Assembly: GCA_014905635.1 (NCBI GenBank)
Contig: JABVCE010000030.1
Coordinates: forward strand, 1-64,000
Direction: 5' to 3'
Origin: Scenedesmus sp. PABB004
Lineage: Eukaryota
Length of the DNA stretch: 64,000 nt
Shown: positions 1-11,738 of the stretch, piece after piece
How positions within the stretch are numbered: position 1 is the stretch's first letter
How the letters are laid out: each line of letters opens with the position of its first letter
The notes under the pieces: model-generated
Told to the model about the DNA's origin: nothing
Databases searched by the model: none
Seen by the model: only the letters and a program-made list of their open reading frames with translations
Made by a program: the position numbers and the translations under genes

Positions 1-187
1 ACCCTAAACCCTAAACCCTAAACCCTAAACCCTAAACCCTAAACCCTAAACCCTAAACCCTAAACCCTAAACCCTAAACCCTAAACCCTAAACCCTAAAC
101 CCTAAAACCTAAACCCTAAACCCTAAACCCTAAACCTAAAACCTAAACCCTAAAACCTAAAACCTAAAACCTAAACCCTAAACCCTA
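1..187 (+). repeat. Telomeric repeat array (CCCTAAA)n, i.e. TTTAGGG on the minus strand; left chromosome end
   Basis: Perfect CCCTAAA repeats from base 1 to about 100, then mixed with CCTAAAA and CCTAAA variants to about 187. C-rich strand at the 5' end, as expected for a left telomere. Confidence 0.98.
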
Positions 188-1040
188 TAAACTCAACACT
201 TCGGGCTGTCGTTACCGGCGCGGCGGGTCGGTGTGCAGCATTGGAGCAGGCTCGGCGTTATCTGCTTGGTGATCTGCTGCATGATCAGCTTGCTGCTCAT
301 TCTGTGGCAGATTATGTGATGGACATCTGGAAGATGCGGGACACCGTCCTTCAGGGGCGGGGGACCAATGGGCGCGAGCCTGTGGTGTAACCATCTTTGT
401 CTTTGTCTTTGTCTTTGCGCGCCGCAGGCCCCGCCGCGCAAACGTAACCGCCCCGGGCTCACCACACCGGCGCAGGCGCGTCCCGGTGGCGGTGCTCTGC
501 ACGGGCCCAGCTAGCGCCCGCTAGCCGGGCGTTGCCTTGGTGCCGCTCGGCAGCAGCGCGCCGGCGAGCGGTTGCGCGCCGGCGAGCGGCTGCGAGCAAG
601 CGTCTAGACGCGCGCCAAGGGTTGCCCGCCGCCCCGCCGCGCCAGTAGCGCCTCCGTGTCCTCACGCGGCGCGGGCTCGCCGTCTCCTGCTCGGCTGCGG
701 CGCGCTGCCCGCCGGCCGCGGCGTGCTGGCAGCGGCAAAGCCTTGCAATTAAGGGAGGGCGCGGCGCCGGGGCGGCGCCGGGGCAGGCGACCATTGCGAG
801 CCCCCCGCCGCCTCGGGCTGCATGCGCGCGCCCGACAGCATGCGGCGGCGGGGCGCGCCGCAACGTATTGCCCCCTGCTCTCTCTGCTCCCGGCGGCGGG
901 TAGACATCCTTGCATCGCGCGTGCACGGCGCGCGCGCACCGGCACCGGCATGCGCGCACCGGCACCGGCACGCGCGGCCGCGACCGACTCGCGCGCGCGC
1001 ACCGGCGCAGCTGCTGCTCCCGAGTGACGCCACAGGTCGA

Positions 1041-1086
1041 GGTTAGGGGGTTAGGGTTTGGGTTTAGGGGGTTTAGGGTTTGGGGG
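1041..1086 (+). repeat. Degenerate interstitial telomere-like tract, opposite orientation to the terminal array
   Basis: GGTTAGGGGGTTAGGGTTTGGGTTTAGGGGGTTTAGGGTTTGGGGG contains TTAGGG and TTTAGGG units on the + strand. Confidence 0.75.
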
Positions 1087-1487
1087 CGCGGGGGCGCCAG
1101 GGCTGCGGCGCAGGCGGCGCACGTCCGCCGGGCGGCACGCCGCGCCGCAGCGCCCCGCTGGCGCCGCGGCAGCTGCCCCTGGGCCGCGCGCCAGGTCGTC
1201 ACGGCCGCCAGGCAGCTGCCGCGACCGCGCCGCGCGGGCACCTCGCGCGGGCGCGGGCGGGCGCGCGCGCGCGGAAGCGCGGGAGGCGCGCCGGGGCGCA
1301 GCCGGGCGCAGCGCGAGCCCAGCGCGCGATCATGATCAATCACCTGTGATTGAGAAGCTCACGGGCCACGCACCGCGCTGCAGCAGCGCGCCTGGGCCCG
1401 CCCGTGCCGGCAGCAGCCGCGCCACCCGCCGGCGTCGCGCGCGCCCGCGCCCGCACGCCCGTCGCACCACCCACATCTCACCGCAGC

Positions 1488-4400
1488 ATGCGCAGCCGGA
1501 CCGCGCTGGCGGCGGCGGCGCTGCTGCTGGCAGCGGCGGCGGCGGTCGCGCCCGCCGCTGCCGCGCAGCCCGAGTCGTTCAACCTTGAGTACCAGCCTGG
1601 CCAGCGCGACGCGGTGCGCAGCGCCGAGCTCTGGGGTGCTGCTGGCGCCGCCGCCGCGCGCCGCGTGCTCGCGCCGCGCGCAGTGCGCTGCGTGCTGCAG
1701 CCAGCGCGCGCGGCGCGCGGCGACCGTGCCAGCCGGCCCCGCCAGCTGCCCCCGCGCCGGCTGGCCAGGCCGCCTGACCAGGGCGGCGGCGGCGCGCGGT
1801 GTGCTGCCCCCGCGGCCCGCGCGCGCAGGCCGTCGCCGACGCGGTGGGTCGCGGCTGGTCGGTGGTGCGCGAGTACGCGCGTTTCAACCGCCTCATCCTC
1901 GAGCGCGGCGACGCCGCGGCGGCGCCCGGCGGCGGCGCCGTCCCCGCGGCTGCTGCGCTGCCGGCAGCCGCGCACGCGGCAGCGCTGGCGGCCGCGCCGC
2001 ACGTCGTGCGCGTGGCGCGCAACGGCTGGGTGCAGCGGCCGCGGCTGGAGGACGCCGGCGACGCGCGCGCGGGCGGCGCGTGCGGCGCGGGCGACCCCGC
2101 CAACCCAGACGCCGGGCTGGGGCTGGGGGGCGTTGAGGGCACGCCGTACGGCATTTCCCTCGTGCAGGCTGACCACCCGGAGATGGCGGCGATCGCGCGC
2201 GCCCACCGCGACAAGGTGCTGTGGTGCGTCATCGACACGGGCCTGGACATCCAGAACGTCGAGTTTGACCGCGAGCGTGAGCGCGGCGCCGGCAGCGCGC
2301 GGCGCCGGCACCGCGCGGCGGCCGCAGCCGCGAGCCCGGGCTGTGACGGGCCCGTCACATGCGCGGGGCCCGCCGGCCCGCCGCGCAGGCACGTCCGGCT
2401 GCGTCGGCCCGGGCACGGCCGGCAACGTGACGACGCGCGGGAGCTTCAAATACTGCTACCAGTGGTCAAACGACCAGTCCGGCCACGGCACACACACGAG
2501 CGGCACCATCACGGCGCTGCGCAACGGCCGCGGCGTGGTGGGTGTCGCGCCCGAGGGCGCCCACCTCTACCAGTGAGCGGCACGCGCCGCGCGCAGCCGG
2601 ATGCGCGGGCGGCGGCGCCGGCGGGCAGCCAGCGCGCTGGGCGGCGGCGCCGGCGGGCAGCCAGCGCGCAGGGCGGCGGCGCCGGCGGGCAGCCAGCGCG
2701 CAGGGCGGCGGCGGCGGCGGCGGCGGGCTGCCAGCGCGCTGGGCGGCGGCGGCGGCGGTCTGCCGGCGCGCCGGGCGGCAGCCCTGGCGGACCGCCAGCG
2801 CGCAGCGTGGGTCTGAGGCTCAGACTCCTCATGCGGCGCCAACGCGCGCCGCGCCGCGCAGCTACAACCTGTTTGGCCCGCACGATCAGGAGCCGGTGGA
2901 CCTGACCGTCGCGGCGTGGCTGGAGTGCATCGACGAGCTCGAGCGGTGGGCAGGAGGGCGGCGGCAGTGCGCGCGCGCTGCGGCCAGCCGCCGGCCCTGG
3001 CTGCGCGGCAACAAGCGCGTGGTGGCTGCCCTGCCCGCCCCGCGCCGCCGCCGCAGGCGCAAGGCCGCCAAGTCCACGCCCGACATGAAGCTGGTCATCA
3101 GTCAGTCCTTCGGGGTCGACTACGCCAACGAGTTTGCCGCGCTCGCGATCCAGAGCCTGACCGCGGAGCGCGACGACGTGCTTTGGCTTGCCAGCGCAGG
3201 TGCGGCCCGCCCGCGCGCCGCCGGCCCCGCTCGCCGCCGCGCCGCGCCCGCGCACCGCGACCAGCACGCGGCCAGGCTCGCCTCACCGAGCTGAGCACGC
3301 GTGGCGCGCACGTGCGCGCGCAGCGCACCGGGGGCAGGCCCTGCCAGCCGTGCGCGCCGCCGCGCGGGCTGCTTGCCCACATGCGCGCGCTGAGCCCCCG
3401 CGCATGCCGCAGGCAACAGCGGCGACGACACTCTCGGCTATCCGGCCGCCTACCCTGAGGTGCTGCCCGCGCGCTGCGCCCGCTCGCGCGTCGCGGGGCA
3501 GCCCCTCGCCCCGCTCTCGCCCAGCCGCCGCGCTGCGCCCGCGCGGCGCGCTGCCGAGGGCCGCGCCGGGCTGACCCGCTCGCGCGCGCGGCAGATCATG
3601 TCGGTGGCTGCCGTGGACTGGCGCGGCGAGGTCGCTTCCTTTTCAACCCGCAACAGCGCCGTCGACATCGCCGCGCCAGGTGGGTGTTTGATGGGAGCCA
3701 ACTTGCGCGCCGCCCGCGGGGGGAGGGGGGGGGGGGGGGGGGGGGGGCGCCCGGCGCACCCAGCCGCCTGCACCCCGCGCGGCGGCGGCGCCGCGCACTG
3801 ACCCCTGCCGAGGCCCCCGCTGAGTCACCGCGCGCCCCCGGCCTGCCGTCGCCAGGCGTTAAGACGGTGTCGACGGTGCCGCTCGCGGCGACCGCCAACA
3901 GCGACTTTTACTGGACCGCCGCCGCCACCGCCGCTGGCATCATCACGACGCAGCCGCCGCTCGCAGCCGTGGCGGACGCCGCCAACTTCTTCGCCACCCC
4001 GGTGCCGGGGCGTGTGGGCGGCGCGCGCGGCGGCGCCCTGGTCGGCGTGCCGCTCGTCGACTGCGGGCTCGCCACGGGCGCCGCGTGCGCGGGCGCTGCC
4101 GGGGCCGCCTGCCTCGTGCAGCGCGGCGAGTCGACGTTCTGCGCCAAGGCAGCGGCGTGCGCGGCGGGCGGCGGCAGGGCGCTCGTCCTGTTTGGCGCCG
4201 CTGCGCAGGGCGAGTGTGAACGCCTCAGCGGCGTGAGCCTGAGCGGCTGCCCGGACGCGCCTGCGGACGGCTGGCCGCTGCTGGCCGTCACGCTTTCGCG
4301 CGCCCAGGGCACGGCGCTGCAAGCCGCGCTCGCGGCGGGGCCCGTCAACGTGACGCTGCGGATCCCGGACGTGCCCGCGCAGACGGAGATCGGCCTGGCC

Positions 4401-4792
4401 GCACTGTCAGGGACCAGCATGGTGCGCGCGGCGCGGCGGCGGCGCACGGGGCTGCGCGCGCACGCTGTGCGCTAGCTCGCACGCGGCGCGGACCGGCGGC
4501 GCAGGGCTGCGCGCAGCGCGCGCGCGGCGCGGTCCGGCGCCGACCTCCTGCCGCGCCGCGCCGCGCCGCGCCGCAGGCCTGCCCCACGGCCGCGGGCGTG
4601 GCGGGCCTTGTCTGGAGCGCGCACACCGACTGCAGCGCGGCCGAGGTGAGGCAGGCACTGGAGCGCTCAGCGTCGCGGCCGGCGAGCTGGGGCGCCGCCG
4701 AGACCTGGAGCGCGGAGTACGGGCACGGCGTCGTCAACGCGCTGTCGGCGCACCGCTGGCTGGAGGCGCACCCCTGCGGCGGCCGGCGCTAG
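1488..4792 (+). CDS. Secreted subtilisin-like serine protease (S8) with protease-associated (PA) domain; multi-exon
   Basis: Signal-like N-terminus MRSRTALAAAALLLAAAAAVAPAAAA. Catalytic motifs spread over exons: VIDTG (Asp), GHGTHTSG (His), ASAGN (oxyanion Asn), VDIAAPG, LSGTSM|ACP (Ser). PA-like LVQRGESTFCAKA. GT-AG introns join the frames; stop TAG ends at 4792. Confidence 0.9.
2605..2810 (+). repeat. Intronic minisatellite, about 27-30 bp unit (GGCGGCGGCGCCGGCGGGCAGCCAGCGCGC[T/A]G)
   Basis: Several imperfect tandem copies in the subtilase intron that starts at 2573; a related copy lies at about 4800-4845. Confidence 0.7.
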
Positions 4793-5374
4793 GCCCCGCG
4801 CGCTGGGCGGCAGCGCCGGCGGGCAGCCAGCGCGGGGGGCGGCGGCACTGGCCGGCCGCCGCCAGCGCGCCGGCGCCGGCGCGGCTCGCCTGCGCTGCTG
4901 GCCTGACCGTGTGTGATTTGGGTGTGCCTTGGTGATCGACTCGGAGTTAATGCTTCGCGCTTTTTTGCCCCGTCGCGCGCGGTTCAAACGCGCGACAGCC
5001 GACAGCCCGCATGCCCCCACGCACATCCGGCCGGCGCTGCTCGCACGGCAGGCACGCCCAGCAGCTCCGCACGCGTCGCGCAGCAGCCGCCGCCGCCGCG
5101 CGCGCTCGGCGCCACAGCACCAACGCTCCCGCCCACCAGGAGGCCGCCTGATCGGCGCTGCGCGACCCTCGCGCCCGTCCACACCCACCTGCCCTCGCCA
5201 CGATGCGCCTGAGCTGCGCGCGCCCGGCGGGCGGCCTCGCCGGCCGCTGCACGCCCCGCCAGGGCCTGCCCAAGGTGGGACGCGCGGCCACAGCAGCGCG
5301 GGGTCAGGGCTCGCGGCACGGCATCGCGCGGGGCCCTGCCGGGCCGCCGCGGCGCGGCGCGGCGGTGTCGAGCG

Positions 5375-7329
5375 ATGGCCGTTTGCCTCGCCCCCGTGCT
5401 TGCGCCCCTGATCGCCTCTCGGCTCCGCCCACCGATGCTTGCCGATGGCGCACAGGCCCTCCCTGCCAGCCGCGTCGCTGCGCGGCGCCGCGGCGAGCAG
5501 GGCGAGGTGGTTGCGGCGGTGCCCGCGCCCGCCCCGGCCGTCCAGGACGCGCCGAGCGCCGCGCCGGCGCCCGCGGACGCCCCCGCGCCTGAGGGGCTGC
5601 CCACCGACATCGCCGCCCTCGGCCAGCTCACCAAGGCGCGGCGCCGGCGCGCTTCCCGCCGCCGCTGCTGCGAGCTGCGCGCGGGCGCCCGCGCTGAACG
5701 CGCAGCATGCCCGCTCGCCCGCGCAGGGCGAGCTGCAGCACGAGCTGCAGGCGCGCGGCCTCGACGACCACGGCAAGAAGGAGGAGCTTGCCGGCCGGCT
5801 GCTCGACAGCCTCGTCGCGCAGGTCCGCGCGCTGCGCCGCGCTGCGGCTGCCGTGCGTGCCTGCCGGTCCCCGCCGCCCGGCCGCGCCGGGGGCGCGCGG
5901 ACCATCCGCACGTCTGCGCGCTCACGTCGGCGCGTGCGCCCCGTCGTCGCCGGCCCGCTCGCAGGAGTCGGCCGTGGGCGGCCCCGCCGCGCCCGCCGCC
6001 GCGCGCCGCGGCCGGCGCACGTCGCGCAAGGCCACGGCGTCGCAGGAGCCCGCGCCAGTTGAGGCGCTCGCCGAGCCCGAGCTCGCCAGCGAGCAGGCGA
6101 AGCCCCGTCGCGGCCGACGCACCTCCCGGCGCGTGTCGTCCGTGCTCTCTGACCAGGCCGACGCGGCGCAGGCCGACGCGGCGCAGGCCGACGCGGCGCA
6201 GGCCGACGCGGCGCAGGCCGCCCCGGAGGCGGCGCTGCTGCAGGACGACGCCGGCACGGTGGCCGCGCGCCGCGGCAGGCGCGGCAGCCGCCGCACGACG
6301 GCCGCCGACCCCGCGCCCACCGCGGCGGTGGGCGCGGCGGACGCGCCGGCCGAGGCTGGCGGCGAGGCGGCGGCGCCCGCGCCCGTGGCGGGCTTCGGCG
6401 CCCGCGCGCGCAGCAGCCGCAAGACCTCAGCAGTCGACCCCGCGCCGGCAGCCGTCGAGGCGCGGCGCAGGGGCAGTCGCAAGAGCAGCGTGCTGGAGCC
6501 GGCGTCCTCTGCAGAGGACGGCGCCGGCGCGGTGGCCGCCCGCCGCGCGCGCAGCAGGAGCAGCGCCAAGACCACGAGCGCGGCGCCCGCCGACGCCGCG
6601 CCCAGCCGCGCCAAGGCGCTGGCCCAGGCGCTGGCCAAGAAGGAGATCGCCAGCCACGCCGCGCCCGCCGGCCAGGCGCCGGGCCTCGCCGACATTGCCG
6701 CCGCGGGCGACGCCCCCGTGGCCGCCCAGCTGGCCAGCCTGGCCGAGGCGCCGCTCACGGCGGCGGCCGCGCCCGACGACGCGCTGAGCTGTTTCGACCG
6801 CCTGGCGCCGCCCAGCGCGGCGGCCGCCGACGCCGCGGCCAGCGCGTCCGCCGCGCAGCAGCCCAGCCTCGTGGACATCGCCGCCGCGGTGGAGGAGCCC
6901 CTGGACGTGAGCGACAAGGCGGCGCCCCTAGACGAGGACGAGGAGGCGGACGACGCGCTGACCGCGTTTGACCAGCTCGCGCTGGACCCGCCGCCCGCCG
7001 TGCCCGCGGCGCAGCAGCCCAGCCTCGCCGACATCGCCGCGTCGGTGGAGGACCCGTGCGACTCGCCGCTGGAGGAGGACGAGGAGGCGGACGTCGTGCT
7101 GACCGCGTTTGACGCGCTGACCCTGGACCCGCCCGCGCAGCCCGCGGCCGCGGGCCAGGGCGCCAGCGCGCACGAGCCCGCGCCCGTCGCGGCGGCCGCG
7201 CCCGTCGAGGGCGAGGCGAGCGTCGCGCCCGCGCCTGCGGGCAGCGCCGACCTGGGCGTCATGCTCTCGCGCTGGATGGCCTCCGTTGTGAAGATGTTTG
7301 AGGAGTGGCAGCGCAGCCTGTCCAAGTGA
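5375..7329 (+). CDS. SAP-domain protein with basic repeats, acidic repeats and a C-terminal amphipathic helix
   Basis: Splicing 5636(GC)..5726(AG) gives LTK|GELQHELQARGLDDHGKKEELAGRLLDSL, which fits the SAP consensus. A long Ala-rich last exon ends at TGA 7329. Start codon uncertain. Confidence 0.7.
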
Positions 7330-7984
7330 GGCGCGGAGCGCAGCCGACTGTAGCGTGTGTAGCTTGTGGTGTGCTGTGGCGCCGCCGCCGGCGCAGGGGC
7401 GCACGCGGGACGAGTGCACAGCGCGTGTCCGTGCGCCCCGCTGCACCTGCGGGCATGCACAAAAGCCTTAGCTGTGGCCTGGGGCGGGGGGAGCTGGCGG
7501 AGCTTGCCCGTTTTCCGCGTGCGGGGCCCCGCACGCGAGGGGGAGGGCCCGCAGCCGGGCGCCTCGGGGGTGGGCATGCGGCGCGCGGCACTGGCGCACG
7601 CCCGCGGACGAGCGAGCGGAAACATCCGGACCCACGCACGGCCCGGGCGCGATCCCGCGCTCTGTGTGGCCGCCCGGCGCACGAAGCGGCGCCGACAGCC
7701 GGCCGCTGAACCACCGCGACTTTGAACGCGCCCGGCGCAGCTGCCCCCGCCCGGCCGCCCGCGGACGCCCGACAAGCCGGTGCACCCGTAGCCGAGCGCT
7801 GCGCAGCCCGCCGGGGCCCAACCGCCGCGCGAGTCGAGCCGGCCACCACAACGCGGCTCGCGCGCCCTGCAGGCCGCATGCCCCGCGCCTGAGGCGAGCG
7901 TGAGCGGCCCCTACATCCCGTTCAAGGCGCCCCGGGGGCGCGCCGACGCCGCCGAGCGGCGGGGGTGCACGGAGCAGCAGCAAG

Positions 7985-10277
7985 ATGGCGGCGGCGGCGG
8001 AGCAGGCCGACAAGGAGCTGCGGGACAGCCGCTTCTCCTACCTGCTGCAGCCCATCCGTGACCTGGCCTCCAACTGGGACATCAACATCGCGGGCGAGCT
8101 GGAGGAGTACCTGGAGGAGCTGGAGAGCCTGACCTTCACGATCGAGGGCGAGGGCGCGGGCCCGGCGCTCAACTTTGCAGAGGCCGCGCTGCTCATCCAG
8201 GTGCGGAGAGCTCCAGGCGGAGACCCGGCCCGTGCGCGGCGCGGCGCGGGGCCGGCGCGCGCGGCGCGCCGCAGGCGCCGACCGCGGCCCGCCGCCGCCG
8301 GCCGGGCGCCGCCCGGCGCGCGCCGCCGCGCGCAGGGCACGACGTGTGTGTTCAGCAAGAAGGTGGAGTACCTGCACAACTTGGTGTACGCGGCGCTGGA
8401 GACGATCTTCAACAAGAAGCAGAAGGAGCGCCAGGCGACGGCCAACCGCCAAAAGGTGGGCGGCGCCCCCCGCCCGCGCCCGCGCCCACGCCCGCGCGCG
8501 GCCGCCGCCGGCGCCGACGTTCCTTGAGAGCGCACGCATGCCTCACTGCCGCGCGCTGATGACGCAGGCGGCGCGTGCGGACGGCTGCAGCGACGAGGCG
8601 GCGGACGCCGAGGCATTCTTCAGCCTCGGTGACGCGCTGGAGCTGGCGCCGATGGCAGACATCAACCTAGACGACGACGACGAGACGGGTGCGCCGCGGC
8701 GCTCAGCGCAGCGGCACCAGCTGGCATGCGCTGATTGCGTGGGCCGCCGCCGCGCTCACCCTGGGCCCCTGCCGCTGCGCGCGCGCGCACGCCGCAGCGC
8801 CGCCCGAGCTGCTGCGCCCGCCCACGGCGCTGCTGGCGCTGGAGGATGCGGCGTGCGGTCAGGGCGGCCAGGCGGCGGGGCAGGGCGAGACGGGCAGCTA
8901 TCGCCTCGCGCAGTGCGCGGTGCACGCGAGCGGCGCGCTGCTGCTGGAGGCGCGCGACGGCGAGCTCTACGACGCGCACCTGCGCATGTGGGCGCGCGGC
9001 GCCGCGCGGGGCGAGCCCGCGGGCCTGCCGGGCCTCTGCGGTGCGCTGGGCGGCCTGGCCGGCCTGCGCAGCGGCCTGCCGGGCGTCGCCGGCGCCACGG
9101 GCGCCCTCGCCGCCGGCGCGGGCGAGGCGGGGCAGCAGCTGGAGGGCGGCGCGTCGGATGACCCCGGGCACGAGGGCTTTGGCGACGACGGCGACGAGCT
9201 GCCCCCGCCGGGCGAGCTCGACGACGACATGCCCGACGCTGCGCTGCCCGAGGCGGCGCCGGCTGCCTCACCCGCGCCGCCGGGCGCGCTGGACGACGAC
9301 GAGGGCCCGCCCGACTGGCTGTCGCACCCCACAGCGGCGCCCGAGCCGGGCGCAGACTGCGACGCGGGCGCGGAGGCGGACGGCGCCGAGCACGCGCCCG
9401 GCGGCCGCGTGCGGCAGCGCGGGCGCGGGCGCGACTGCGTGGCCGGCGGCGGCACGGGGTTTTACGACCCCTACGCGCCCCTCGACCCCGCGGCGCCCGG
9501 CAGCCTGCCCGTCAAGCCCCTGCAGGTGCGGCGCGCGCGCTCGCGGCGGCGGCGCCGCGGCAGCCAGCGCCTGCGCCTCGCCCCCACCGCTGACGGCGTC
9601 GCACGGCGCCGCGGCGCAGGTGCGCAAGCCCAAGCGCCGCACGGCCGGCGCGGCGCTGGAGGCGGCGGTCGCGTCGGGCGCGGCCAGCCTGAACGCGTCG
9701 TCGCACCCCGGGCTGGCGTGGCCCGAGTTTGGGTACCTGCTGGACGCCTGCGCGGCCGCCGTCGCGGCGGCGCGCAGCAGCGGGCGCCGCGGCGCGCGCG
9801 GCGCCGCGGCAGGCGCGCTCGGCGGCGGGCCGCAGGTCGCGGCGGTCATGGACTGGCAGGACGCGGCGGCGGCGGCGGCGCGCGAGGCGGAGGCGCTGCA
9901 GGACGACGACGCCGACGCGGGTGGGTGCGGGGGCGGCGCGTGCGCCGACGGGCGCGGCGCGGTGCGGCGTCGCGCTGCAGCCCACACCGCGCTGCGCCGC
10001 GCGGCAGGCGACCTCGGCTGCGACGCCGGGTACGAGGACGACTACGGGCCGGACTCGCACCTCGCCGACGCGAGCCTGCTGGAGGACGCTGCGGGTGCCG
10101 GCGGCGCTCTGCGACCATGGGCGATGGGCGCCGTGCAGGACTGGGCGGCCGACGGCGGCGATGGCGGCGCGGACGCGCGCAGCTACGAGGAGCTGTGCAG
10201 GTGGAGCGGGGCGACGGGCTCAGGCGGGCCCACGCCCGCGTTTACAGCTGGCGGGGGCTGCGCGCGAGAGCCCCTCC

Positions 10278-10322
<45 letters not shown>

Positions 10323-11261
10323 ACGCACACGCACACGCACGCTCACCCGCCCGCCCGCCCGCCGTCCAGGTCGCACATCGACTCGCTGATCGCGGCGGCG
10401 GCGGCGCAGCAGGTGCAGAGCGAGCTCGCGGTGCGCGTGAGCGGCTGGCGCGCGCGCATCGACCCCATCCTCGCGGCCGAGGAGGACCGCAGCGCGTTTG
10501 ACATCCACACCTACGGCACCGCCATCCTCACCGGCCTCGCCGCCGCGGCGCCGGCGCCCGGGGACGACGAGGGCGAGCAGCCGCCGAGCGGCGGCGCGGC
10601 GGTGGACTTCAAGCAGGTCGCGCGCGCGGCGGACAGCTTTGAGGTGTGCCGCCTCTTTGCGGCCATGCTGCAGCTGGTCAACAACAGGAACGTCAACCTG
10701 GTCAAGCACGGCGGCGAGGAGCAGGACGGCGGCGACAACAACGCTGCGGGCCGCACGTGCAGCAGCTTGCAGCTGCAGCTGCTCAGCGTCGCGCGCGTGC
10801 ACGAGGCCATGGCGGAGGGCCTCGCCGGCGGCGCCGACGCAGGCGCGGCGCAGGGCGGGTTGCGGATGCGCGTGGCCGGGCGACCGCAGCCGGCTGCCCC
10901 GCGCCCACACGCGCCGCCGCGCCCCGCCCCGCCCGCAGGCGCGCCGCAGCAGCACGACGGCCCGCGCGCGGCGCCGCCGCCGCGCAGCCGCGCCGCGCCC
11001 AAGAAGGCCGGCGGCAAGCCCGCCAAGGGCCGCAAGCCCAAGAAGGGCGGCGGCGGCGGCAGCAGCGAGGACGAGGACGGCGGCGCGTCCAGCGACGGCC
11101 GCGAGGGCGCTGCCGGCGCGAGCAGCGACGAGTTTGACGCCGAGGCCGAGAACCAGGGCGCCCCGGCGCGCGCGCCGCCGGGCGCGGGCAAGGCCGGCAA
11201 GGCCGCCCCCGCCGCCAAGCCGGCCGCCAAGCGCGCCAGGCGCGGCGCGGCGGTCGCATGA
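7985..11261 (+). CDS. NCAPH2: Condensin II complex kleisin subunit H2 (CAP-H2); multi-exon
   Basis: N-terminal RFSYLLQPIRDLASNWDINIAGELEEYL...NFAEAALLIQ|GTTCVFSKKVEYLHNLVY and C-terminal SYEELC|RSHID...WRARIDPILAAEEDRSAFDIHTYG...EVCRLFAAMLQLVNNRNV are characteristic of CAP-H2. Confidence 0.92.
10279..10340 (+). repeat. (CA)n / (CACACG)n microsatellite in a CAP-H2 intron
   Basis: An ACACAC... run followed by GCACAC units. Confidence 0.9.
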
Positions 11262-11738
11262 CACGTTTTTTGAGCTGCGCGGCGGTTTCATGTTGACGCG
11301 TTTCAAGGCCCCCAATTCAAGGCCCCCCAGGGCAACCTCCAGCGCCCCACACCCGCAGCGCCGCCGCCGATCGCCGCCGCGCACGTGCTGTCGCTGCGGC
11401 AGAGCCGCGCGCGCCCAGCTGCGGCGGACCAGCACTGCCCACCAGAGAGAGAGAGACGTCTCAAGGTCGTGGGGCCCAGTGCGGGAGCCGGGGGCCGCAC
11501 GCGGCGATGTGGCGGGCGTGCATCTTCGCGGCCGCGTCCGCCCGGCGCGCAGGTGCGGCGCCTGCGCCCTGACGCGCGGCGTCGCGTGCTGCGTCGGCCT
11601 GATTAGCGACTCCGCTGCTCCGCAGGCCTCTTCGGCGGCGCAGGGCCCCGCGCGGCGGCAGCAGCAGCGGCCGCGGCCGCCGGCCAACCGGCGGCGGGCG
11701 CGTGCGCCGCCCGGCTGGCACACAGCGGCGTGCAGCAG

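Noticed and set aside
193..502. Small minus-strand ORFs next to the telomere as genes or a telomeric retrotransposon
   Set aside because: No recognisable domain, no RT/endonuclease motifs and no poly(A) tail; kept only as an unexplained segment.
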